Of a DNA stretch of 64,000 nt, positions 52,374-63,990 are shown piece after piece. Below the pieces are notes generated by a model. That model saw only the letters and a program-made list of their open reading frames with translations, ran no database searches and had not been told where the DNA came from. The stretch comes from Mobula birostris. Lineage: Eukaryota. The first letter of the stretch is position 1. Every line of letters begins with the position of its first letter. The DNA is taken from contig NC_092370.1 of NCBI RefSeq assembly GCF_030028105.1, forward strand, positions 115,842,221 to 115,906,220. Direction: 5' to 3'. Made by a program: the position numbers and the translations under genes.

Positions 52374-53278
52374 AAGCTTTTGCCTATGGCCTGAAGCTAA
52401 GGCCTGACCCACTGAATTCCTAGAGCAGCTTTTTGTTTTGCTCCAGATCCTATTATCTGCTATTTCCTCTGTCTCCACTGGTATCACAAGGCTACATTAA
52501 ATTGTTAAACATATACGTGTCATCATTACAGAAGCTTCATATCAACGGATTTCACATGAATGCTCTCCAAGTTCCCCTATGTCCATGAACATTTGAGAAC
52601 AGGCCAATCAGAAACAGTGCCCCATTGTGATCCCAGACGTCCTCATTTCTTGGTCTATGTCTCCCCACCTTCTTCTACTGATAGCATTAACTCAGTGTTG
52701 ACATGAACTCTGTCAGCTGTAGAATCACAGTGTTGTAGGACACGGAAAAAGGCCCTTCAACCCATTACATCCATGACAGCCCATCTACACAAATCCTATT
52801 TGCTAGCTTTAGGTTTGTATCCTTAGTGAAGAATAAAGTTCTGCTTAGCAGATACAAATTATAAGAAACAATGATCATCTTTAAAACCAATTTAAAATGC
52901 AGGTCACAGAGTTGAGACACTGATATTTTGGCCCACGCCCTTTCTTTCAAGAACGTAAGAAATAAAAGAGAATTAGTCAATCTGCCCTTGATCTAGCACC
53001 ACCATTGTAATATCAGGGGTGATCTTCCTAAGCAGCAGTCCCACATGATTCTTGATTTTCCTTGGTTCAAACATCCAAGATTTTTCATTTTCAAGATTTA
53101 ATACACTCAACAACTGAGCCTCGCTAGTCATCTGTGATAATGAAATTATTGCTCATCGCTAAAATAGCTGACCCCTACCAAGAAATGGTCCTGTTTCCTG
53201 CTACTCTCACTTACTCTGGCTTTTCCATTTTTCTTCAATTTCCCTATATTCCTTTATCTTTTCCTAATCAATGCGTAC

Positions 53279-53349
53279 CTTTACAGTGTGCTTTCAACTG
53301 ATCTTTCCATCCACATTCAGTGAGTTTTGCTCTGAGCAGCTCCTTCAGA
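53279..53349 (-). CDS. ENY2: ENY2 second coding exon
   Basis: [23 protein letters not shown], 71 nt, ccag/gtacg boundaries. Confidence 0.97.
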
Positions 53350-53437
53350 CTGGAGGCAAAAAGGACAAGATTAGAATAAAATGATATTCTACTTATTTAG
53401 AACATCTGAAATACATCCACAATGGAAATTCTCTTAC

Positions 53438-53505
53438 CGTTCACGCTCGCCTGTTTCTATCAACTTCTGATTTATAGTTGCTCGGAGTTGTGCGTCTTTA
53501 TTCAT
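53438..53505 (-). CDS. ENY2: ENY2 (SAGA/TREX-2 subunit, Sus1 orthologue), first coding exon; whole exon 53438-53514
   Basis: MNKDAQLRATINQKLIETGERER. Acceptor AG at 53516-53515, gtaag donor. Confidence 0.96.
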
Positions 53506-54349
53506 TTCAGAAAGCTAGCAGATAAAATCGCAAGAAAACACTAACATATACGAGTAGAAAAAATGAGGCTTTTTATTTTTACAGCTATGATTCCCCAAGG
53601 CTTAGTCATGCAAGCTTGTTATTGACTTTTAGGACATCTGAATATTTCATGATTGGTTGGAACCCAGGGTATAAATGACAGGTGAGAATGTAACTGAGAA
53701 ATGTCAGAAACTTCAAAGGTGTCAGCCAAAGAATTTATGTCATGAATAAAGTGTACACCTTTTGGCTAGGCACATTGGAAACCATCTACACAAAACTAAT
53801 GAGCAGATATGTGAGTGGGATAGGAGATAAACAAGCTGCAAGTTAATCAGAAAAATAGTTCCCCACTTTGAGGAAATGCCCATTTTCAATTTGTTTCAAG
53901 GTACCTAGATATAATTATTGGGCTTTCGTTATTCTTCAGCCTTCTTTCATTCTTACTTCACATAAAGCATGATGTAGGTAGAAGGCAGTAACAAAGCAGA
54001 TTGAGGAAAAAATACTGTGACTTGTTGGTGGATATGAGGTTTTGTTTTTCTCTTCCAGTATGTTGTAGTTCCCAACTGTCAGTGGCTTCCAGGGTACAGT
54101 GTTAGGGCCATAGTTCAATACCCTAACACTAATATCAGAATACTTCATACAGCTTTACTTAGTATTCACAAACATTGAGGATATTAATGTAACAGATTGA
54201 CGTACGAGTGCCAGAAGGAATTTAACAAACAGAAGTGCAAGATGACACACTTTGCCAAAAAGGATAAGGAGAGTAAATAAAAATTCAATGGCATAACTCT
54301 AAGGAGTTGTTAGTAATGTACCAATGATGCTGAGGTAGGGATAGTAGAA

Positions 54350-55376
54350 AGCTGCAATTTCCTTGATGTAAATATCACCAACAATATGTCCTGGTCCAGG
54401 CGCATGGACACTATAGCCAAGAAAGCACATTAATGTCTCTACTTCCTCAGAAGGGTAAGGAAACTCAGTATGACCCCGATAACTCTTATAATTTTTTTTC
54501 CAATAAATGCATGCTTAACTCACTGCTCTACTCTCACGAGAATAATGGGCAAGCATAGTTGAAATGCCATCTATAAATTCACAGATAACACCACTGTTGT
54601 TGGTAAAATCTCAGATGGCGATGAGGAGGCAAATAGTAATGAGACTGATTGGTTGGTTGAATGACCTCACAATAGCAGCCTTGCACACAATGGTGGCAAA
54701 ATCAATGAATTGATTGTGGACTTCAGGAAGGGGAAGATCAGGAGAACATGCACAAGTCCTCATTGAGGGATCTGCAGTGGAAAGGGTGAGCACCTCCATT
54801 TCTTGAGTGTCAACATCATGAAGGATCTCTCCCGGGTCCAACACATCGATGCAGTCATGAAGACAACATGGCAGCGGCTCTACTTCATTAGGAGTTTGAA
54901 GAGATTTCATATGTCACAAAAGACTTGCAAATTTGGAGATGTACGGTGGAGGATTCTGACTGGTTGCAACACAGCCTCGTGTGGAGGCTCCAATGTACAG
55001 GATTGCAAGAGACTGTGAAGAGTTCCAGCCAGCTCCATCACAGGCACCTCCTTCCTTCCATCAAGGACATCTTCAAGAAATGTTGCCTCAGGAAGGCAGC
55101 ATCCATTACTATGGACTCTTACCATTCTGTTACACCCTCTTCACATTCTTACCTTCAGGGAAAAGGCACAGGAGCCTGAAGACCCTCACTCAATGATTCA
55201 GAAACAGCTTCTTCGCCTCCATTATATTTCTGAACTGCCCATAAATGTTACCACATCATTCCAATTATTTTGCACTAGTTACTTTGTAACTTATAGTAAT
55301 TTTGTTATTGCACTGTACTGTTGCTGCAAAGCAACAAAATTCCTGTCAGATAAGACAGTGATAAACTGCATTCTGA
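54350..55376 (+). mobile_element. Rex/Babar-type LINE fragments (ENY2 intron 1)
   Basis: QRLYFIRSLKRF and CLRKAASI motifs with a ..ATTCTGA tail. Confidence 0.78.
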
Positions 55377-56320
55377 TAGTATTCTACCTGGATGCATCGC
55401 AACTTGAGTGAGCAGCCAACTAACTGAGGAACCTACCACCCCCCCATTCTCTCTTCTCCCCGCTTCCATTTTGAACAACTGTTATATGCTGATAGATAAA
55501 CTTTTGAAAATCTCCTAATCTACCTTATCATGACCCTTGCCTTTTATATGCCTACCTCCACTGCATTTTCCTTGTAACTGTAACACCATAATTCTGCATT
55601 CTATTTGCCTTTTTCCCTAACTTGCTGTGTCTGGAATGTCTTTTCTGGATAGCATACAAACAAAATTACAGTGCACTTCAGTACATGGGACAATAACAAA
55701 CAAATTCCTTTTCTAGTAAAAACACTTGGACATAACATAGATCTTATGGACAGTAATTCAAACAAATAGGATCATAGAATTCACCAAAGCAGAGAAGTCT
55801 GCCTAGCTCTTATAAGGTCTTATTTATTTCACGACCATAATATGGCACTCGCACTGTTGGAAGGATGCAATGACCCTTGAAAGGGTGCAGGGAGACTTTA
55901 CAGAAGGGTTCCAGGGATGAGCCATTTTATCTGCAAGGTATGATTGAGAAAGGAGGTTATGCACCCTGCAAGAGTTGAAGGGTGACTGAAAGATTATGAC
56001 AGTTTATATAGGGCATATAAAAACGATAATTCCCATTTGCTGGCGATATAAAGGACACGGATTTAGGGTTTTCGGTGGGAGATACAGGAAGTAAGAGAAC
56101 ATTTTTAAATGCAGTGATTAGTAATAACCTGGAACTTATTGTTTAGAGAAGAACGTACAACAAAAGAAAATTGGAGATGCACTTGCCTACCCTCGTCCTC
56201 TCCCACATCACCTCATAACCACACTCTATTCCCTACTCATAACCCTTTACCTGCAGTCCTCTTCATGCCTCACTCATCCCACCTTTAACTATAATCAGCT
56301 GATCCAACCCTCCAACTCAC

Positions 56321-56400
56321 CTCCTCCCAGTTCCCGGTGCCCTTCCTCCTTCGCCGTCCTCACTTCCTCGGCCCCAACAGCTCGGATCCAAGGAGACGGT
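56321..56400 (-). other. ENY2: Candidate non-coding exon 1 of ENY2 (5' end not defined)
   Basis: Strong GAG|GTGAGT donor at 56321/56320 in the CpG-rich region, with no ATG in 56321-56400. An alternative donor GCC|GTGAGC lies at 56481/56480. Confidence 0.45.
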
Positions 56401-56814
56401 GTTCAGCCGTACAACTCCCCCAGCACCCACGCTCCTACACGACAGTTCCCAGGCCAGTAATCAACCGATCCACGGCTCACGGCTTGAACGAAGACAAAAT
56501 ATATCAGAAGGGGAAAAGGAGAGAAAACAAATGAAATAATTCTCTTAAGTTGTGTCTCTTAATTTATTTTTACGACCGGGGTAACCGGTGCACTGTTACT
56601 AATCTTCCCCTTTACTAACAACCACAAAGAACCTAACCGAGGAAACAACATAGGTTTAAAATAGCAGAAATAATCTTAAATTCAATAATACGTCATTAAG
56701 ATAAGTGGAATGGTTTGTGGTTAGTAAATAAACGGAGTATTCTTTGGGAACTACAACTCCCGGGAAACCCTCTACCTTGCGCATGTGCCTGGGCGGGAGT
56801 GATGACGGAGCGCG
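56400..56814. promoter_or_regulatory. Bidirectional ENY2/NUDCD1 promoter
   Basis: CpG-rich region between divergent genes. ACTACAACTCCC (ZNF143/SBS-type) at 56750-56761, a weaker copy at 56408-56419, NRF1-like TGCGCATGTGC at 56778-56788 and GGGCGGGA at 56791. Confidence 0.8.
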
Positions 56815-56929
56815 ATGGCGGCGGCGAACTGCTCTCTCCGTGTGGACAGGCGATTGATCGACGCCAACTTCGACAGTTACCGGCTGTCGCTGGAGCCGCT
56901 GCCCACCTACGCCGTGGAGCTGGATGGCG
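56815..56929 (+). CDS. NUDCD1: NudC domain-containing protein 1, exon 1
   Basis: gcgATGg start gives [38 protein letters not shown], matching the recalled NUDCD1 N-terminus (ANCSLRV...Y.LSLEPLP.Y..ELD). G|GTGAGT donor. No exon 2 recognised in the window. Confidence 0.93.
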
Positions 56930-57199
56930 GTGAGTCCTGGGCGTGATACGGGCGGCTGCGCACAGGCAGGAGTTGGATCCCTCTAGCACCCACCTCTGCC
57001 CCGTGCAGCGGGATGGGTCAAGGATCCCACCGGCAGCATGGTGACTGGCCGCGCCGCCTCTGCACTGATGCCGGCTATGAGTACGCTCCCCTTACTCCTC
57101 CAAATGGACACGGAAATTGCTGTAAACACTCAGCAGGGACGGCAACATCTGTGGAGAAAGTGCAGTTTGGCTTGTATGTTGGAAAGATTGTGGCAGCTA

Positions 57200-57579
57200 G
57201 AGTGTTTCTCTTTGGAGCGGCTGGGATAAGAGGTGATTTGATAAAGGTGTACGATGATAAAGATGGATTGGACAACCAGTGTCTTTTTCCCACTGTGGTT
57301 GTAGCTAATAAGAGAGGACATAATTTTAGGGTGACTGGAGGATGGGGGAATGTCAGAGGTTTATTTTTTTTACACACAGGGAGTGATAAGTGTGCATGGA
57401 ACGCACTGCCAGTGGTGGTAGTAGAAGCAGATAAATTCGGGAGATTTACGAGTCTAACATACGCACATGGATGAAAGCTATATGGGAGGGAAGGGTTAGA
57501 TTGATTGATCTTGGAGTAAGTAGTATAAGAAGTTGGCACAACATCGTGGAGTGAAGGGCCTGTACTGTTCTATGTTCTA
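57200..57579 (+). mobile_element. CR1 3' end in NUDCD1 intron 1
   Basis: RGDLIKVY...WNALP..VVEAD and a (TGTTCTA)n tail. Confidence 0.75.
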
Positions 57580-57754
57580 GGTGGAGTACAGGGTCGTTTG
57601 CATCACGGTAGACAGACAAGGGGCTTCTGTTTAACGGATCGAATAATAGAAGAAACCACACATTGTTAAAAACCGCCTTGGTGCTGCCCCCTGGGTGTAT
57701 GTAACAAGCAAGTTTTGCAAGTTTGCTTGCTTAAACTTAGCAGGTCCTCTTAAG

Positions 57755-58364
57755 CAGGGGTCCCCAACCTTTTTTGCACTGCGAACCAGTTTAATATTGC
57801 CAATATTCTTGCGGACCGGCCGACCCGGGTGGCGGGTGTAGGGTTGCCAACGGACACAAGTAGCAGTCAAATACTTTGTGTTTATCCAGATAAAGACTAC
57901 AATGACCATGAAGCCTTGCGCGGGCACAAGTGCGCATGCGCAACCTTTCCATGCATGTACCTGCCGATTTTTTTGCTCTGCAAATCGTTTTTGGCGATTC
58001 TGCTGGGTGGTGCGGGGTTGTACGACCGGAATATAGGTGAGAAGTGGCTAATACATTCAATTTCGTTTCTAAAAGGGTTTATCTAACGAATTTAATATTA
58101 AACACACAGCGCATATTTTCCTCACATGAATATAGTGAGAAGTCAATTATCAGGGGAACTTGAAGTAAGTGTCGAATGAACTTCCAGTAGAAGTGATAGA
58201 GGCAGGTTCGATATTATTACTTAAAGTTAAACTGGACAGCTATATGGACAGGAAAGGAATGGACAGTTATGGGTTGAGTGCAGGTCGGTGGGACGAGGTG
58301 AGAGAAGCGTTCGGCACGGACTAGAAGGGCCGAGATGGCCTGTTTCTATGCTGTAATTGTTATG
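57755..58364 (-). mobile_element. Second, truncated copy of the same hAT family, in NUDCD1 intron 1
   Basis: Begins CAGGGGTCCCCAACCTTTTT and aligns by eye as the reverse complement of ~316-951. Confidence 0.88.
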
Positions 58365-58904
58365 ATTCCCTGAATACAAGTCCAGTCCACTGATTCAAAG
58401 CAGTCCTGTAAGCGCTTCTGTGCTTCCTTTGCCCTTGCTTTCTTGGTCCTCACTACTGGTGCTGCAGTCTTCAGTCTCTGCCTCTACTTGGAGTAGAAGC
58501 ACAGCCAGGTGATCAGACTTTCCGAAGTGGGGGCGTGAAGTAGCACGGTAGGCATTCTTGATGGTGTAACAGTGGTCCAGTGTGTTGTTTCCTCTGGTAC
58601 TACAAGTGATATTTGATGATAATTATTTAGTGACTTTGTCAGGCTGGCCTGGTTAAAATCCCCCAAAATGATGGTCATGATGGTACCGGTCTTGATCCTT
58701 GATCTATGTTGACTTTTTCAAACATTGCTGATCATTTCTTATGAGGCAGCCTCCTGATTTATTGTACCAATAATATACTGTGGTGCAGAAAACAGACCAT
58801 TTATGAGAACTTATCTATGTGATATCTGTGTCATTCTCTACTTGAATTACTTGTGGAAAATATTTCAAGCTTTATCATCAACTCTGCATTAAAAAGTTTA
58901 AACA

Positions 58905-60000
58905 TTGGGAAATCTGCAGATGCTGGAAATTCAAGCAACACACACAAAATGCTGGTGGAACACAGCAGGCCATGCAGCACCCATAGGAAGAAGTACAGTC
59001 GATGTTTCAGGCTGAGACCCTTGTTATGTAACTGGCAACAATGAATATTAATCGAGACAGGTTTTATAAAAACAACCAAACATTTATTAAACACATAAAT
59101 GATAAGGGGAAAAAAAAGGGAAAACTTTGACTGGAGGTTAAACAGGTACGCAGCCGTTCATCAACTCCACTCGGCTCTGGTTCTTAAAGCGTTAAATGCG
59201 AAAACAGTTCTTAAAGTGATACAGTCAGATACAGTTCTTAAAGCGATAGCTTCAAAAGTCCAGCAGTTTTACGCATTCAATTGGGAGAGACTTCTCTGGA
59301 GAACGATTTCTTCACCGACGCACCTTTACTACTGGTTCTGTCCGCAGGATTCCCGATGCCGAAAATAAACAGTTTAAATCAACTGACCTTAAATTGTTTA
59401 GAGAGAGAGCCTTTTGGTGCATGAATTCATTGCTTTATTGCAAGAGTTATTTCAATGCAGCTTCTCTTCAACGAAGACTCAATAAGGTCGATCCGTTATT
59501 AAACTGCCAACCGATGCCGACTTCTCTCGATCCTTCACTTTGATGAATTCTTCACTCTCCCTTCAAAACTGTTCGGAGTTGAGTGAATTGGCACTTCCAG
59601 CCACAAATTTCCAGTTCAACAATACAAATCTTGTAAGAGAATGCACCTTCCGTTTTAAAAATGAAACTGCGTCACGAAACCAAATACGCAACAGAACCGG
59701 AGGCACAACACGTTCTACCGGGAAATCTACAAACTCAGAAACCCTACTGCGTCACCCGAGTTGACCCTTATATAGTCACGGGGCACATGTCATCACGTGA
59801 CCTCACATCGGCGGGAAAATCACATCAGGTGACCTCCAAAAGACCATTACAGCATTCTCACAAAAAAAAAACAGATCTCCTTGAGCATGTAACACCCTTC
59901 ATCAGGATTGAAGAAGGGTCTCGGCCTGAAACGTCGACTGTGCTCCTTCCTATGGATGCTGCCTGCCCTGCTGTGTTCCACCAGCATTTTGTGTGTGTTG
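58905..60000. mobile_element. Fold-back Penelope terminal-repeat pair interrupted by a solo LTR
   Basis: Left arm ~58905-59021 and right arm ~59899-60000 are inverted copies of the same repeat. Confidence 0.78.
59022..59894 (-). mobile_element. Solo LTR (Gypsy- or ERV-type), 873 bp
   Basis: TGTTA...TAACA termini, CCCT duplication (59018-59021 and 59895-59898), minus-strand TATATAA near 59770 and AATAAA near 59085. Confidence 0.8.
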
Positions 60001-60690
60001 CGTTAAGAAATTTATTTTGAATTCTCTTCAAATCCTGATGATTTTGAATTTAATGAGCTGCCATCGCAGGTGGTAAAGGCATGGTAGTATAGCAGTTAGT
60101 TCAATCACTTTACGGCACCAGCAATCACTGATCAGGGTTTGATTCTGGCCACTCTGTAAGGAGTGTACATTCTCCCTGTCACCTTGTGGATTTCCTCCAG
60201 GTGCTCTGGTTTCCTCCCACATTCCAAAAATGTACAATTAGTGTTAGTGAATTGTGGGCATGCTATGTAGGTGCCGAAAGCGCAATTTCACTTGTGGGCT
60301 GTGCCCAGCATAATCCTTGGATGGTGTTGGTCATTGAATCAAAACAACGCATTTCACTGTATGCTTTGATGTGCATGTGACAAATAAAGCTAATCTCAAA
60401 ATCAGATAAAATTACAATGGTGTAAAAACCATTTGAACGGGTACTTGGAAAGGAGTTGGGAGATAATTGATCTAATACAGACAAATGGGGTTAGCATACT
60501 CAAACATTGGAGTCGATATGAATGAGTTGGACAAAGAGGCATTTTTCTGTGCTATGACTCCTTTTCATTGACTTGATCAGAAGGAAGTAACTATCTCCTA
60601 TTTGCTGCATAACCATTTCGAAAGTCTTGAATGTCTCCTATGCAGCAAGATATAGACAAGGTCCAGTAAATTGATGATAATATCCCAAGT

Positions 60691-60972
60691 GACAGTCCTG
60701 AGGAGACACCGGATTGCATAGATGGAGAGTTTAAAAGAAATGAGTGGGGCCAGGCAGCACCTTTTGTGCCACAGCCCCAAGGAGACACCAGATTGCATAA
60801 AGGGCGATAGAGTGCAAAAGAAGCGAGTGGGGGCAGTCAGCACTTACTGCACGCCACAGTCCTGAGGCGACACTGGATTATGTAGAGGGTGAGAAATTTA
60901 AAAGAAGTGAGCAGAGGCTGTTGGCACTATTTGTGCACCACAGTTTCTGAGGAGAGATTGGATTGCATGTAT
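60691..60972 (+). repeat. Tandem repeat of ~80-85 bp, about 3.4 copies
   Basis: Units start at ~60691, 60770, 60855 and 60939, each resembling CACAGTCCTGAGGAGACACYGGATTGCAT...AAAAGAAGYGAGTGGGG...GCAC. Confidence 0.8.
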
Positions 60973-60989
60973 TTAGGCATTTGGCAGGG

Positions 60990-63696
60990 ACTAATAAAAT
61001 TAAGTTAGGTGTAAGTGGAGCGGTCATTGTGTGAGTGGGCTAGTGTTGGACTGGGGAGTTGAGGGTTTGGCTGATCAAGGAGAGGCATAGGTGTAGATAG
61101 ATTTTTTGTTACTTATTTTCTTTCTTTCGTATTGCACATTTGGAGCAGTGGGTTTGCTAGACAGGATAATGAAATACTTCTCTTGCAGGACGTGGGAAGG
61201 CGGGGTCCCTGACGACTATACTTGCAAGAAGGCAATCCAGCTGCAGTTTCTAACAGACCTCTTAAGGAGTTGGAGCTGGAACTGAATGAATCCTAAATCA
61301 TTTGGGAAACTGAGGGTTAATAGACACGATATACAGGAAAGTAGGTACACCCCAGGTACAGGACACATACAACTGGGTGACCGTCAGGAGGAGGAAAGGG
61401 GATAGGCAGCCAGTGCAGAGTATCCCTGTGGCTGTACTCCTTAACAACAGGTATACCACTTTGGATACTGTTGGGGGTGGAGGAGGATGACCTAGCAGGG
61501 GAAAGACACAGAGGTCAGGTTTCTGGCCCTGAGTCTGGTTTTGAAGCTCAGTAGGGAAGGATAACTGTAATGATAGGGGATTTGTTGGTTCAGGGACCAG
61601 AAAGGAAGTTCTGTGGACAAAATCAAGATTCCCTGCTGACTTGTTGCTTCCTGGTTGCCAGGGTCAGGGACATCTTGGATCATGTCCACAGCATTCTTAA
61701 ATGGGAGGGTGAGCAGCCAAGATTGTGATCCATGTTTGTGCCAATGACATGGGTGGGATGGGTGCTCAGGTCCTGCCAAGTGAGTTCAGAGAGTTAGATG
61801 CTAAGTTAAAGAACAGGACCTCCTTGGTTGTGATCTCAGGATTGCTATCCCTGCTATGTGTTAGTGAGGCCAGCAATTGGAAGATCTTACAGTTTAACAT
61901 GTGGCAAAGCAGTTGGGTGTAGGAGGAAGGGTTTCAGAATTTTGGATCATTGGGCTGTCTTCCAGGGAAGGTGGGACCTGTATAGAAGGGACGTTTTGTA
62001 CCTGAACTGGAGGGGGATTAATATCCCAGTGGGAAGGTTTGCTGTGATGCACGGGGGCTGGGGCTTTAAACTGGAGTTGCAGGGAAATGCGAAACAGAGT
62101 GCCAGAACAGATAGTGGAGAAGCATGTTGCTAAGCCTACATACAAATCAGGAATCAAAACATTGAGCATGGCGGGAATAATGCTCCGAGCTACAAGTATT
62201 TCAGTGCTAGGTGTATTGTAGTTGGTGGCTGAGCTTAAGGCATTAGTGAGACTTGATTGCAGGAGGAGCGGACTGGCAGTTCAATGTTCCGGGGTTGGGT
62301 GTTATAGACATGATAGAGTGGGACGGATTAAAGGCGGAGGTGTGGCATTACTAATCAGGGAAAGTATCATGGCAGTGCTCAGTCAGGACAGACTGGAGAG
62401 CTCGTTTAGTGAGACTTTATGGGGAGAATTGAGTAATATGAAAGGTAATGCAATTATATTATAGACCACCCAACAGCGCATGGGATTTAAAGGAGCAAAT
62501 TTGTAGAGATAGCAGACTGTTGCAAGAAACATACACTTATGATAGGTGATCTTAACCTTTCACATACTAACTGTAAAACGGCTGGATGAGAAAGAGTTTG
62601 TCGAATGTGTTCAGGAAATTTCCTTAATCAGCATACAGAAATCCCAACTAGAGAGTGTGTGATACTAGATCTTCTATAAAGAAATGAGACAAGGAAGGTG
62701 ACAAAAATTTTTGTGGGGAACACTTTGCATCTAGTGCTCATAATATCATTAGCTTGAAGGTAATTATGGAAGAGGATAGGTCTGGTCCTCGGGTTGAAAT
62801 TCTAAATTGGAGCAAGTCCTATTTTGATGGTATCAGAAAGGATCTGGCGAGTGTGGATTGGGACAGGTTGTTTTCTAGCAATGGTGTACTTGTTAGTTGG
62901 GAAGCCTGAAAAGTGAAATTTTGAGAGTACAGAGTTTGTATGTTCCTGTCAGAGTTAAGGCAAGGGTAACAAGTTAGGGAACCTTGGTTGTCAAGGGATA
63001 CTGAGGCCCTGGTTAAGGAAAAGAAGGAGACAGGTCTTGGTGGGTAGGAACAAATGAAGTACTTGAGTATAATAAATACAAGATAACACTTAAGGAAATC
63101 AGTAGGGCTAAAAGAATGCACGAGGTTGTTCCAGGTGAAGGAGAATACTAAGGACCTCTACAGATATATTGGGAGAAAAAGGATAGCAAGGGACGGAATT
63201 GATCCTCGGAAGATCAGAGTAGTTATCTATGCACGGAGCCGAATGAGATGAGGAATATCTTAAATAGATTTTTTCATCTGTATTTACTGGGGAGATGGGC
63301 ACAGAGTCTATAGCTGTGAGGCAATGCAACAGCGAGGTCATAGACACTATACAGATTACAGAGGAGGAGGTAGTTGCTGTCTTGAGGCAAATTAGAATGG
63401 ATAAAATCCCAGGGCTTGACAGGGTGTTCCCCTGGACTCTGTGGAAAGCTAGTGCAGAAATTACAGGAGTCCTAGCAGAGATACTTAAAATATCCTTAAC
63501 CACGGGTGAGGTGCTGGATGATTGGAGGATAGCTAATGTTATTCCATTGTTTAAGAAGGGCTCTAAGAGCAAGTCAGGAAATTGTAGACCTGTGGGCCTG
63601 ACATCAGCAGTGGGAACATTATTGAAAGGTATTCGAAGTTAAGTGGTGTCTAACCAATTTTATAGAGTTTTTCAAAGAAGATAATAGGAAAGTTAA
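60990..63696 (+). mobile_element. 5' half of a decayed CR1 LINE (ORF1 SGNH-esterase type, ORF2 endonuclease and start of RT)
   Basis: IHVCANDMG...VVISGLL and GRWDLYRRDVLYLN (esterase), GGGVALLIRE (APE), DKIPGLD..P...DWRIANVIPLFKKG..GNCRPVGLTS (RT). Confidence 0.85.
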
Positions 63697-63990
63697 TGGG
63701 CCGGCTGGTGGCGCAATGGCATCAGTGCCGGACTCTGGAACAGAGGTTCCCGGGTTCAAACCCAGCCGGGTCTGCTCCCGAGTACACTTTCCATCCGTGC
63801 CGGGTTGCGTGTTGAGAGCGCAACTCGACCTTGTAAAATAAAAGGGAAAAATACTGCGAAATGTCTGCGTGAGGAGTGGCGCACCACAGTCTCTCTCTCT
63901 CTCTCTCTCTCTCACTCTGCGCCTTGTAAAGGCATGAAAAAGACATCGTCCCGCCAACATCGCACATGCATGCATGCACCAAAAAAAAAG
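63697..63990 (+). mobile_element. tRNA-derived SINE, CpG-rich
   Basis: A box TGGCGCAATGG, B box GGTTCAAACCC, internal (CT)n at ~63890-63912 and an A-rich end. Head is similar to that of 15274-15440. Confidence 0.75.

Noticed and set aside
57013-57539. Overlapping 153-aa and 154-aa ORFs on both strands
   Set aside because: Mostly a CR1 3' fragment plus GC-rich intron. Not NUDCD1 exon 2.
60691-60972. CRISPR-like array, or hammerhead in the tandem repeat (CTGAGGA...GAAA)
   Set aside because: The units are homologous along their whole length with no unique spacers, the context is eukaryotic, and no stem II can be formed between the two motifs.
63697-63770. tRNA gene
   Set aside because: A and B boxes are present, but I could not fold a full cloverleaf with acceptor stem, and the sequence continues into a SINE body.
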